64,000 nt of DNA from Raja brachyura. Taxonomy: Eukaryota. The notes beneath the pieces were generated by a model. It was given only the letters and a program-made list of their open reading frames with translations. It ran no database searches and had not been told where the DNA came from. This document shows, in pieces, positions 26,421 through 38,504 of the stretch. The translations under genes and the position numbers were made by a program. The first letter of the stretch is position 1. Every line of letters starts with the position of its first letter. The stretch is taken from NCBI GenBank assembly GCA_963514005.1, contig OY740805.1:42284001-42348000 (forward strand), read 5' to 3'.

Positions 26421-27437
26421 ATGTCTCAACCCGATCACTCCTTCTCCCCTCTCCCATCAGGCAAGAGGTAGATAAGTGTGAAAACGCACAACTCCATTGA
26501 CGAATAGTTTCTTCCCAGCTGTTATCAGGCAACTGAATCATCTTACCAGCACCTAGTGAGCGGACTTGACCTCCCATCTACGTTATTAGAAACCTTTGAC
26601 CTATTTTTAATCGGACTTTATCAGACGACAATGTTATATCTTGCAATAAGTGTTATAATCTGCGCACTGTGGACGGCTTGATTGCAATCATGTATAATCT
26701 TTATTTTGACTGGATAGCACGAAAACTACAAAGCTTTTCACTGTACCTTGATACACGTGACAACAATAAACCAAACTAAAATGGACATTGTTGAAATTTG
26801 ACTCAAAGGTCTCGACCCAAACGTCACCTATTCCTCTCTCCAGAGATGCTGCCTGATCAGCTGAGTTACTCCAGCACATTGTGTCTTTCTTCGGTGTAAA
26901 CCAGCATCCGCAGTTCCTTCTTGCACATAGGTCTCACACGTCTGGGACTCAGTTCCGCATTTGCATGCAAAATCCGCTCACCCGCATGCACTGCATGCAT
27001 CAGCATCTTATGTGCATGCAGGGATTGCGACTGATGCCAGCAAATCAGAATGATGCAGGACGGCATTGGTGGAATGAAAGGAAGCAAAGTGATCGATCAT
27101 CCTCCTGCACTCCAAGGAATGAAGTCGGAGCCTGCCCAACCTCGCCCTATAGCACAACCCCTCAAATGCTGCCAGCATTCTGCTAAAACAAATCTTATTG
27201 AAGAATCAATGTACCTGCTTACTCTTCCTGGAAGGATCTTGTAAAACAACATTTCTAATTCATCCTTCTCCAGGAGCGAGGTTTATATCAGGTTTTACAC
27301 TGGCGGTGGTTTCAGCATTTAACAGCGGGTTCAGGGCAGGCACCAATGGATAAGAGCTCCTGCCCAGCCTTCCCAGTTCAGGGAACAGAGTGAAGAATGG
27401 AAGCAGAAGGATAGCGGGTCCGGACTGAGAGACTGGG

Positions 27438-27696
27438 NNNNNNNNNNNNNNNNNNNNNNNNNNNNNNNNNNNNNNNNNNNNNNNNNNNNNNNNNNNNNNN
27501 NNNNNNNNNNNNNNNNNNNNNNNNNNNNNNNNNNNNNNNNNNNNNNNNNNNNNNNNNNNNNNNNNNNNNNNNNNNNNNNNNNNNNNNNNNNNNNNNNNNN
27601 NNNNNNNNNNNNNNNNNNNNNNNNNNNNNNNNNNNNNNNNNNNNNNNNNNNNNNNNNNNNNNNNNNNNNNNNNNNNNNNNNNNNNNNNNNNNNNNN
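27438..27696. other. Assembly gap (N run)
   Basis: Run of n characters. Confidence 1.
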
Positions 27697-29097
27697 AAAT
27701 CGACAGAAACAGCTACAATTACAAATATGAACAACATTTTAAAATACCTTCGGTCCCGACCCGCATCGTCACCTATTTCTTCTCTACAGAGATGCTGCCT
27801 GAGCCGCTGAGTTCCTGCTGCTTTTTGTGTCTACATTCGAAAACAAACTGTCTTCACTGCACTAGGGACCTCGGGCTGGTGTTTTGATTTGGGCCAATAT
27901 TATTTATTTTATTTACTGAACGTCTTTGTTTGTGTCTGATGTTATCTATTGACTATTGTTTCCACATACCTGTTTTGCTGCTGCCAGTAAGAATGTAATG
28001 ATTAATTGTTATATAAATAACTTGCTTTGAAGAAGGGCCCCGGCCCGCAAGCAGAGATTCTGCCTCTTCTCAAGGCCAAGGTCATTTTATTGTCACATAA
28101 ATCAATTGAGGTACAGTGAAATTCGATTTACCATACAGCCATACTAAATAAAACACGACAGTCAACTACATAAAAGTTAACACAAACATCCAGCGCAGCG
28201 GATTCCCCACATTCCTCACTGTGATGGAAGGCAATAAAGTAGTATCTCTTTCCCCCTTATTCTCCCGCAGACGGGGCCGTCGATCCATCCGCAGTCGGGG
28301 CGGTTGAAGCTCCCGCAGGCGGCGATCGAAACTCCCGCGTCGGGGCGATCGAAGCTCCTGCGGCTTGGAGCTCCTGAAGTCGGACTCTAAGCAGAGACCG
28401 TGAGCTCCATGATGTTAAAGTCCACAGGCTGCCGCGGTCGGAGCTCCCAGGTCGATCTCCCACAGGGATCCCAAGATCAACGTTGGTAAGTCCGCAGGCT
28501 CCCACGGATGGAGCTCCGGGAGTCGGTCTGCAGCAAACTTTGCCAGCTCCTCGTTGTTAGGCCGCAGTGCGGACGGAGATACGATACGGAAAATATCGCA
28601 TCTCCGTCGAGGTAAGAGATTTAAAAAAAAAATCCCCCTGATCTCCCCACCCCCACCCCCCGCGTAAAACCATCTCAAGAAGACTAAAACATCCATTTAA
28701 CACATAGTAAAAAACACTAAAGCAGGAAGGGACCGTTGGCGAAGCAACAATTACTGGCGCCACCCGGTGGTTACTTCTGTTGAATTACTCCAGCACTTTC
28801 TGCCTTTTCGTTTGCAAACCAGCATCTGCAGTTCATTATTTTTACTCATAATGTCATTGTTCCGTTTCGGTGCAAATTGCAATGAAACACTATTGAACAA
28901 GTGAGGGAAGGAGAGACCCGGGCCGCTGTATTCGCTTTTTACCGCGGCCTTCGACTGAATTTACATCTGCGCTCGCTGGGGTTTTATGACGTGGAATTTG
29001 AGGATTCAACGGGACTCATTCAGCACCGACCGATGGCAAGTGTGATGTCTATCCCACAGTCATGGCCCGCGCTCCTGACGCCAGTCCCTGGTCCCGA

Positions 29098-29633
29098 CTA
29101 CTTTAAGGCGCAGAGTGGAACTTGGCAGATTCTCAGTAAATGGTTTATGTCCCAAGTGGCGAAGAAAGGATAAAGTTTCTCCGTGAATGTATTCCCAATG
29201 AAGGAGTAGAGAAAGGACTTGGTGTCCGCGTCGTAGAATGAAACTCTCCCGGACTCGTAACTGAGATAAACCCCCACCCTCCCGGGGATGGGACGGATGG
29301 GGAGATTGGATTCCGGTAAGCCGTTTACATAAAACCTGTCTCCCGAGCGCTCCAGGGACCATACTCCAGTCTCCGGGGTCAGTTTCACCGTCACCTTCCT
29401 GTCCACAGACTCGGCGGCGACTCCCAGACACCAGCCCCGACTCCCCGCCACCTCCACCTCCCAGTAATGTCTCCCCGATGTGAATCCCTTCGATCCCAGG
29501 AGAGAAGACCAGTATGTAAACCTCTTCCCAGTGTCAGGGAGACTCCTCTCGATCCCGATATTTCTCACTCCCTCGCGATCCTCAGACACCTCGAGCCGCG
29601 GATGCGCTGTTTCCACATCCAGGGTGACGGAGA
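29098..29633 (-). CDS. Gene C B30.2/PRY-SPRY exon
   Basis: [19 protein letters not shown]...[13 protein letters not shown]...[16 protein letters not shown]...LYPFF...CALK*; acceptor tttctcccccag. Confidence 0.95.
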
Positions 29634-32600
29634 CTGGGGGGAGAAACAGAGAATCAGAGAGTCCCCGGGGGTCGGGGCGAGACGCCTGCAGAGCGGCCCC
29701 GGGACTGAGAGAGGTCCGAGTGGGATTGAAGGACAGAGTGAGGGGCAGGTGGGTCCGGGGGGTGTGGAGCGAGGGGGGAGTGGACGTGTCAAGGGCAGGA
29801 GGGCGAGCTGCTGTGAAGAGCAATTGGTGCTGAGCAGAGTGAGAACGGGGTGCGTCGACCCGTGCGGCAAGGGTGAGAAGGGGGAGTACAAATGGGCAGG
29901 GGCGCGTCACTTTAGAGATACAGCCCACCCAGTCCGCACCGGCCAACGATCACCCCGTACACTACAGTATCTTACAACGTGGGATAATTTACAGTGGACA
30001 ATTGATCCTCAAATTAAAAAATCATCTTTGTAGTGTGGGAGGAAACCAGGACACCTGGAGATAACTAACGAGGTCACCGGGAGAATGTAAAGCTCCGCAC
30101 CGGCAGTACCCATATTCAGGATTGAACCCGTTCTCAGGCGCTGTGAGGCAGCAGCTCTACCCTCTGCTCCACTGTGGCGCCCGAAATGGCAGTGGTGGGA
30201 TGAGCGGCAGAGGAGACGGCAGATGGGGTGAGAAAGGGGAAGCGCGTTGTGGAGCGGATTGGGCAGAGGATGCAGCGGGGCAGAAATGGGATAGCAGGAT
30301 TTTGAGAAGAAAGAGGGGCAAAGATAGGAAGTAAAAGAGCGCGAGGCACGGGGGCGAGCAAGTTGGGCGGGTGGCGGAGTGGAGGAAAGGTGGTAGGAAG
30401 TGAGAGAGGTAGCGGTGGAGACGAAAGTGACAGTGCAAGCGTGAGCACGAGGGATAAAGAGGAGAGCAACGTCACATTACCGAGGTATATGTGACAATAA
30501 CGCGAATGGGTCACAAAACATTAGTGGCAGAATGGGATGGCTCTGTGAGCCGGAATAGAATGTGAAATAGTACAAATTATTGGCATGCAGAATTATCTGT
30601 ACTTACCGTATTCAATATCCATATCATCATAACCTGAAAAAAACAGAAATACTACACTTCAAAACTTTCATTGTTAGCTGATGGATGATTCAAAGTAGAA
30701 ATGAAAATGTCCACAAGATAGGTTATAGTCCACAATAACAGCACAGATCAAATGGTCTATTCATCTCTAACCATCCAGCCGAACATCTTGAAGCAAGCTG
30801 GGCGGAGGTCACAGAGAGCGAGCTCTTCCTGACGCCCAGACTGTAATCAGTAAGGACAACCAACAGAGCATTTTCCATGACAATTCTCAACGTTGCTGTT
30901 TCTCAAGGCTGCATCTTCAGCCCCTTTTAATACCGCCTGAGACTCATGATTTCCCGATGTTAAAATAATGGAACTGCAAAGAGGCAAGAAGAATTTGTCC
31001 CAAATAAACCATAATCTGGGTGTATATTTGCAAATTTCACTGAAACATAGTTGGCTTTTCATGTGGGTTTCTTCCAAATTGTATTCAGACATTCACAATA
31101 ATTATTTGACCAATTCTGTTAGAGATATAAATTAATAAGAACATTTTTTAATCTCGTTCACCAAGGGATTCCAAGACACAAAATGACTAAACAAAGTCCA
31201 TTCAACTGCGGTTTGAAAAGTGAGAAGGATGGAAAGAACGAGAGACTTGGTGGCGACTGGAATAGAAGAGGAAGATAGAACGATGCAGCACAGGAACAGG
31301 CTCTTTGCCCCACAATGTCTGTGCCGAACATGACACTAGGATTAGTGGAAGGTGGACCACGGAGACGGGAGAAGGGATGTGAAACGACATTGAACATTTC
31401 TCGATCAGTCGTTGTAAATTGGAGTCGGAATTCTCCGAAATATCTTACCTTCTAAAGTGCAAAACAGCTGGAGTTCTGAAAATAAGAGCAAGTATAATGA
31501 CCGTGTAAGTCACTGCGCACAGACAGAGAACAGTGCAGGCGGTGCTCTCTGGATTCAGACACTGTTGACAGTAAACGAGCGCACTATCTAAACTACTTGC
31601 CGAACATGCCCATGGATCTGCAGACTATGGGTTGAAATAATTTCCCCAGATCCCCTCTAATCCTCCTGCCCAGAACCTTCAACCTATTGCCCTTAGTTAT
31701 TGGTCTGACAGTTCATGGAAATACCTTCCCAATGGCTCTATCCCATTATTCCATACACCAGGGCATCTTCCCTTGGTGGCTTCACCCATCACCCTGGATG
31801 AGAAAACATTTCCCCTAAGGTTTGTATTAAATCTTTCCCCGCTCACCGTAAACTGATGCCTTCTAATTCGTGATTCACTGCCCTTGGTAAACTACTCTGT
31901 GCACTCACCTTATCTATTCCCTTCATGAATGTGTACATCTCTATAATATCGCCCGCTCATTCCCCAGCGCCCCTTCTCACCTTGAATGCTTCTGTCTTCG
32001 TATCTGTGGATCATTATATTGAAAGCAGCAGCTGTGACCACAAGGCCGGCAAACACCCAGAATATCGGCAGCCAGATGTTGAACTCGTTAACTTTATTGA
32101 TGAACATATCTAGAAGGGAAATGCGTACACTCGTATCAGATGTCCCAGCGCTTGAGAACCGGAGCTACGGCGAGATATTCGGCATCTGACTTTATTCCTT
32201 GGAGAGCAGGAGGCTGAAGGGTGATCTTATAGAGGTGTACTAAACCATGACGGGAATAGAGAGGGTGAGTGTACAATCTTTTACCCAGGATAGGGGAATC
32301 AAGAATTAGAGGGCGCGGCTTAAGGTGAGAGGGGCAGGGTTTAACGCAAATCTCAGGGGCAACGTTTTCACACAAAGGATGTTGGGAATATGAAACCAGC
32401 TGCCAGAGGAGGTAGTTGAGGCAGGTACTATAATATCATTTAAAAGGCAATTGGACAGGGTTGTGGATAAGAAAGGTTTGGAGGGAGTTTGAGTTTTTAT
32501 TTTACCAGTAGCATTTTGTCTGGCGAGCTGGTGTTGGAGCCGTTTCTGTGGTGAAATGTGCGCGGATCAGGGAAGCGCCCTCGACCGCTATCCCCGCCAA

Positions 32601-35600
32601 CGGGTGTCACGGGGACAGCGGTTTAGAATGAGAAAGGTCCATCTTCTCATTACGCAGGGCCAGATTAGGAAGGGTTCGTATCACTTCACAGCCTGGCCGT
32701 GTAGTGATATGTCCTATTAACTCGCACAAGAACCAACTCACACAAGTAGCGGGTTTGTTGAGATCTCAGCCGCTGCTATGAACTTTCGACAAGGTCCCAC
32801 ATAAGAGATCAGCATACAAACTTAAAGCACACGGTATTGGGGGTTCAGTATTGATGTGGATAGAGAACTGGCTGGCAGACAGGAAGCAAAGAGTAGGAGT
32901 AAACGCGTCATTTTCAGAATGGCAGGAAGTGACTAGTGGGGTACCGCAAGGCTCAGTGTTGGGACCCCAGCTATTTACAATATATATTAATGATTTGGAT
33001 GAGGGAATTGAATGCAACATCGCCACGTTTGCGGATGACACGAAGTTGGGGGGCAGTGTTAGCTGTGTGGAGGATGCTAGGAGGCTGCAAGGTGACCTGG
33101 ATAGGTTGGGTGAGTGGGTAAATGCATGGCAGATGCAGTATAATGTGGATAAATGTGAGGTTATCTACTTTGGCGGCAACAACAGGAGGGTAGACTATTA
33201 TCTGAATGGTGGCCGATTCGGAAAAGGGGAGATGCAACGAGACCTGGGTGTCGTGGTACACCAGTCATTGAAAGTAGGCATGCAGGTGCAGCAGGCTGTG
33301 AAGAAAGCGAATGGTATGTTGGCATTCATAGCAAAAAGGATTTGAGTACAAGTGCAGGGAGGTTCCACTGATGGTCTTGGTGAGACCACACCTGGAGTAT
33401 TGCGTACAGTTTTGGTCTCCTAATCTGAGGAAGGACATTCTTGCCATAGAGGGAATACAGAGAAGGTTCACCAGACTGATTCCTGGGATGGCAGGACTTC
33501 CATATGAAGAAAGATTGGATTGACTCGGCTTGTACTCGCTGGAATTTTGGAGCTTGTGGGGGGATCTTTTAGAGACTTACAAAATTCTTAAGGGGCTGGA
33601 CAGGCTAGATGCAGGAAGATTGTTCCCGATGTTGGGGAACTCCAGAACAAGGGGTCACAGTTTAAAGATAAGGGGGAAGTCTTTTAGGACCGATATGAGA
33701 CGATCATTTTTCGCACAGAGAGTGGTGAGTCTGTGGAATTCTCTGCCACAGAAGGTAGTTGAGGCCAGTTCATTGGCTATATTTAAGAGTGAGTTAGATG
33801 TGGCCCTTGTGGTTAAAGGGATCAGGGGGTATGGAGAGAAGGCAGGTACAGGATACTGAGTTGGATGGTCAGCCATGATCATACTGAATGGCGGTGCAGG
33901 CTCGAGGCACCTATTTTCTATGATTCTATGATTCTAACTGACATGAAACACATAAAATAATGTGTAGATTTCATCTTCAGTGGTGACACAGCACAGCAGC
34001 AGACTTCCGGGTCCGATATCGCCCCTGTCACGAGCATTTGAATAAGTTGATGGAAATGACTGCTGTTAGGTGGTGGGGTGGGAGGGGGGGGGGGGGGGGG
34101 GGAGTCATATTCTGAACAAGCATCTGCAGTTCCTTGTTTCCTCATTTGGACACTCTGGAAAGGCGTTGAACTTGCTCCCACTAAGACAGGAGGAGCCGGA
34201 GGTGGAACAGAATCTATCAGCTGTCCCAACGGACTAGTGGTCTCCTCCCACCGGCACCGAGTCTATAACCCCATCTCCCCACCCACAGTAGCAACAACCA
34301 GCCCCAGCTGCCCATCACTTGCTGAATGTTGGGGTTCATTCCTGAGGTATCCCACACCTGGAGATCAGTTATAGACCCTGTGTGCAGGAGGGAACTGCAG
34401 ATGCAGGTGAACACCGCAGATAGACACAAAATGCGGGAGTAACTCGGCGGGTCAGGCAGCATCTCGGGAGAGAAGGGACGGGTGACGTTCAGGGTCGAAA
34501 CCCTTCTTCAGACTGAGAGTCGGGCGAGAGGGAGACCGGAGATATAGAAGAATAAAGTGTGAAAACGGCAGATCAAAGCAGACATTGATCAAGGAAATGT
34601 AGAATGGTTCATTGTTAGCGGAGGGGATGATGACAATGAGGCATCCAATCAGCAAAATTATTCAGGACGGTGAAACTCGTCGAAGAACTAGGGTGGGGAG
34701 GGATGGAGAGAGACGGAAAGCAAAGGTTACTAGGTTTACTGAGTGTATGCCTCCTGCAGTTCCGTGTGTCAACTTCTCTCATTTCTGTGGGGATTTCCAG
34801 GTTCCCACATACCTGATATCTGGAGATGGGCCTTTTGTGTTTTTCGCAGTCTTTTACTTCGTATGTAACAGGAATACCTGTTCACAGAATCACTTGTTAC
34901 ATCGATGTGACTGTGGACAGTGATCAGCCCGCTGGAGTCCTCAGTGAACAGTGTGTCAGACCGCGCTGTTACATCTTGTCCACTCCCATCCAGCCACCGT
35001 ATCTCCGGCTTGGGAAACCATCCATCCGACATACACACCACACGCACTCCTTGCGTGGTGCTTTCCTCCAAGCGGATCCGGGGCCGTAGTCCAAATCCTG
35101 CAATCGGGACGTAATCGGTAAACACGATTGTTGCACATGTATCTCGGCATGGAAAGGGCTTTCCGTGTGTCGGGTCAGTGAGCAGCTGATGATGCTGGAG
35201 CCTGAAGAGCCACAGAAAGAGCAGCGGTGGGAACTCCAACGATCATTGGTTGGGTGACCGGGTAGCGCCGCGTTACCGCCCCATCGCCTCATTGCCACCT
35301 TCCCCTTCAGCTAACAATGATCCGTTCTACATTTTCCATGAACCGCGTCCCCTTTGCTTTATATTTTTCACACCTTACCCTTCCATATGTCTAGACTCCA
35401 TCTCCCATTCTAAGTCTGAAGAAGGGTCTCGACCCGAAACGTCACCCATTCCTTCTCTCCCCACACGTTGCCTGTCCCGCTGAGTTACTCCAGCATTTTG
35501 TGTCTGCATTCGGTGGAAACCTGCATCTTCAGTTCCTTCCTACACACAACCTCGCGGTTGCCATTCCGTTCCGGGCCGTGTCAGTCCCAGCCTGTGCCGA

Positions 35601-38133
35601 GGCACAGTGGCGCACCTACATTTTTGGGGCCCTGAAGCTTGAGCTGTTATGGGGGCCCCTTCGCAACCAACAACAAGGTCTGGGTAATCACTGTTATCTT
35701 CTTCAATGGGGTTGTTCCACGACACATAAACACACATTTCATTTTTTTGTCATAAATGTTAAGTGTTTTAAATTATTTATAATTATTTTATATGAAATAT
35801 ATTTAGAATGAAACATCCTTAATTTGAACGTTTTTTCGTTTACGACTGGACTACATGATAATTTAATAACCTTTTAATTTAATTTTAACTATTAATTCAT
35901 ATTTAATTATACTATATTATTACTATAATTAATACCCCCCTTCTCATGCAGAAGACCACAAATTGTTTAATCTATGTGGGCTGAACAAGATATTTGCCTC
36001 CAGAAAAAGAAGGAGGAAGTGTTGGCCAGGGGTCCAGGTTGCTGGTTAGGCACCCGGTGGGGTCCAGGGGAAGCGCCCCGGTTGGGGGTTCAATGGGCAA
36101 CGCCCCCTGAAGCTCCTGCATTTTTAATAAATTGAAAGCGATTCTCAAGCTTTGTGCTGGTAGTTTACGTAACAGAAGCTTGGAATTTTTCTAACACGTA
36201 AGCAGTAAAATGACCCCCAAAAGGTATATATTTCATGAAATAGACCTAAGGTGCAGGGGTAGGCCATTCGGCCCTTCAAGCGACCACCACCATTCCATGT
36301 GATCATACCTGATCATCCCCAAACAGTACCCAGTTCCTGCCTTCTCCCCATATCCCCCGACTCCACTATCTTTAAGAGCTCTATCTAGCTATCTCTTGAA
36401 ATTATCCAGAGAATTGGCCTCCACCTCCCTCTGAGGCAGAGAATTACACAGATTCACAACTCTTTGCGTGAAAAAGTATTTCCTTCTCTCCGTTCCAATT
36501 GGGTTACCCCTTATTCTTAAACTGTGGCCCCTGGCTCTCGACTCACCCAACATCGGGAACATGTTTCCTGCCTCTAGCGTCTCCAAACCCTTAATAATCT
36601 TATATGTTTCAATAAAGGGCCTCATACAGCTAAAAATGTCTTTACAAAAAATGTTAATTGAAATGTCTTTTTCCCTCGCACTGTGATGAGAAAAAACGTT
36701 TTCACCCAGAGTTGCAAATTTGTGGTATTCTCTGCCACAGAAGGCAGTGGTCTCGGCTCCTTCAGCAGCACCTCAGACACCCACTTGTGGTCATCTCACC
36801 TTCGCTCACTTCACCTCACCTACACACGTACACCTCGACTAATCCCCTCGCCTCACTAAACCCCTCGCCTCGATGATACCACACTCCAACTTCTCCCCGC
36901 ACCTAAACCTCGCCTCTACTAAACCGTACCCCACTAAACCTCGCCCCTCAAATAAACCTCACACCTTAACCCCACCTTACCTTAACGAACCCGCGCCTCG
37001 ACTAATCGGGGCCGAGCGCGGAGAGCGGCGCAGACGCATTGCCCTGGAGAGCACGTGGGAGGGGACGGGCGTACGCGCGCTGACGTTGATGTGGAGCCAT
37101 CCCCCCCCCCCCGCCACCACCACCCGCGGCGGCCGCAGCCCCTCCCCGCGGGGAGAAGCGGCGACTAGTCGAGGCGGGGATTAGGTATGAGGTGGAGTTT
37201 AGTCGTGAGGTGGGAGGTTTAGTCGAGGCGAGGTTTAGTGGGTTGAGGTTTAAGTGTGAGGTGAAGTTTGGTCGAGGCGAAAAATCAGATTAATTCGGAA
37301 TTCCGATTTAAATCGGAAGAACAATTGGACTAAAGTCGCTTCTGGAACCCGTCCAGGATTAGGGGCCTTGAAGCGGAAGTTTCATTAGTTTCATAGTAGA
37401 TCCGCTCCTGCCGAGGCAGCGGTCTGCATTGTCAGTATCCCTTGAACTTCCCAGTGAATTCCTACTTTCCAGTCTCAGAGGCCGCTTCCTGACATTCCCG
37501 GTGTAAACCCTGGTGTAAACTCTGTGCAGAGGGGCTCACCTTCAACCTGCAGCCGCAGCTCCTCCTGCTGACGGGACGTGGAGGTGCTGATGGAACACGT
37601 GTACATTCCAGCATCTGATAAATTGACGCTCTTCAGTTTAAGGGAGGCGTTTCCACGGGGAAACTCTTCCCGAAAGAGTTCCGTCCTCCCTCGATAAGCC
37701 CCGTCCTGCACCTCAGCTCGGTCCTGGCCGCCGGTGTATAAATGTACCGGTGACCCCGGGTTCGTTGTAAACCATCGGACCTCCAGAGCGTCCAGTGATG
37801 TATCCGGTACCTTCTGACATTCCAACACGGCATCTTCACCCAGCATGACGACCACCGGATAGTCCGGTACAATCACAACGAATTGCTCTGGAAAAATACA
37901 ATATTTAAACTTCAGCTTTTTACATTGGCGAGTTGTGTAAATATCGGGGGTTAGGGTGGCAGTTAAGCAAAAGCAGGTACAGTCGGAAATCATCCAATAG
38001 ATCCGCTAAAGCGGTGGAGTAGCACAATATTCACGGCAAGGTGTATGTGATAGTCGCGTCGATGGTCCCATTACGTACCCATAGTCACTGCATGAACAAG
38101 CAACAGCACAAAGATGCAACCTACTCCCTTCAT
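29098..38133 (-). CDS. BTN: Butyrophilin-like gene C, complete: exons 38133-38079, 37887-37540, 35097-34813, 32109-31981, 31475-31449, 30633-30607, 29633-29098 (1407 nt, 468 aa)
   Basis: Seven exons with canonical AG/GT and all phase-1 junctions join into one open frame: signal, IgV, IgC, TM, two 27-nt exons, B30.2. This is the canonical BTN architecture. Symbol is family-level only. Confidence 0.93.
29960..30180 (-). mobile_element. V-SINE (HE1-like)
   Basis: Minus strand gcgccacagtggagcagagggtagagctgctgcctcacagcgcc...ggttcaatcctga (A/B boxes). Confidence 0.7.
30607..30633 (-). CDS. Gene C second 27-nt mini-exon (GYDDMDIEY)
   Basis: tgtttttttcag|GTTATGATGATATGGATATTGAATACG|gtaagt. Confidence 0.82.
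31449..31475 (-). CDS. Gene C first 27-nt mini-exon (ELQLFCTLE)
   Basis: ttattttcag|AACTCCAGCTGTTTTGCACTTTAGAAG|gtaaga; conserved with 22344-22370. Confidence 0.87.
31981..32109 (-). CDS. Gene C transmembrane exon ([43 protein letters not shown])
   Basis: ttcccttctag|...ATTCAAG|gtgaga; 129 nt; hydrophobic segment. Confidence 0.88.
32175..33935 (+). mobile_element. CR1 fragments (~32175-32490 and ~32782-33935) in a gene C intron
   Basis: ORFs 32851-33345 and 33530-33859 with [11 protein letters not shown] and FADD. Confidence 0.88.
34380..34730 (-). repeat. Penelope-type short repeat with hammerhead-like core
   Basis: Reverse-complement homolog of 35290-35548 (ctgaagaagggtttcgaccctgaacgtc). 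Confidence 0.65.
34813..35097 (-). CDS. Gene C IgC exon
   Basis: [35 protein letters not shown]...RYSCYI; 285 nt, cag|...|gtatgt. Confidence 0.93.
35290..35548 (+). repeat. Penelope-type short repeat containing a minimal hammerhead-ribozyme-like motif (35416-35443)
   Basis: CTGAAGA-A-GGGT(CTCG)ACCC-GAAAC-GTC matches CUGANGA / stem II / GAAA / GUC. Confidence 0.7.
35605..37410. mobile_element. hAT-type non-autonomous element with a nested CR1 fragment (~36250-36750)
   Basis: Imperfect TIRs cagtggcgcacctac / gtagatccgctcctg (11/15) and a perfect 8-bp TSD ccgaggca (35597-35604, 37411-37418). Confidence 0.78.
37540..37887 (-). CDS. Gene C IgV exon
   Basis: [24 protein letters not shown]...VRW...VHLYTGGQD...YRGRTELF...[16 protein letters not shown]; 348 nt. 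Confidence 0.95.
38079..38133 (-). CDS. Gene C signal-peptide exon ([18 protein letters not shown]; acceptor at 38162)
   Basis: Hydrophobic leader, G|gtacgt phase-1 donor; paralogous to 15569-15622. Confidence 0.85.
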
Positions 38134-38504
38134 CGTTGAAAGAAATCCTTCCTTGGTTTCACCTGGAAACAGAACGTCGAGATAATGTTTAAAGGGTAAG
38201 CACTACCTCGCTGAAATTAAGACCACGAACTAATTCTATAAATTCTATTGATCTATTTATGGATTTATTTATTTTCAAAAATATTTTAATTCGAACCATG
38301 TATACAAATACGTACATGGAAATGGGGAAATGCAACGAGACCTGGGTGTCATGTGCACCAGTCATTGAAAGTAGGCATGCAGGTGCAGCAGGCAGTGAAG
38401 AAAGCAAATGGTATTTTAGCATTCATAGCGAAAGGATTTGAGTGTAGGAGCAGGGAGGTTCTACTGCATTTGTACAGGGTTTTGGTGAGACCACACCTGG
38501 AGTA

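Noticed and set aside
27378-27737. ORFs spanning N runs (also 63009-63651)
   Set aside because: Open only because of assembly gaps.
29098-29112. C-terminal CALK as a CaaX prenylation signal
   Set aside because: Lys at X is non-canonical, the protein already has a TM, and no conservation evidence is available.
29634-29946. N-terminal extension of the 282-aa B30.2 ORF as a stand-alone gene
   Set aside because: Lies upstream of a strong acceptor at 29634; it is intron read-through, and the exon joins the upstream mini-exons in frame.
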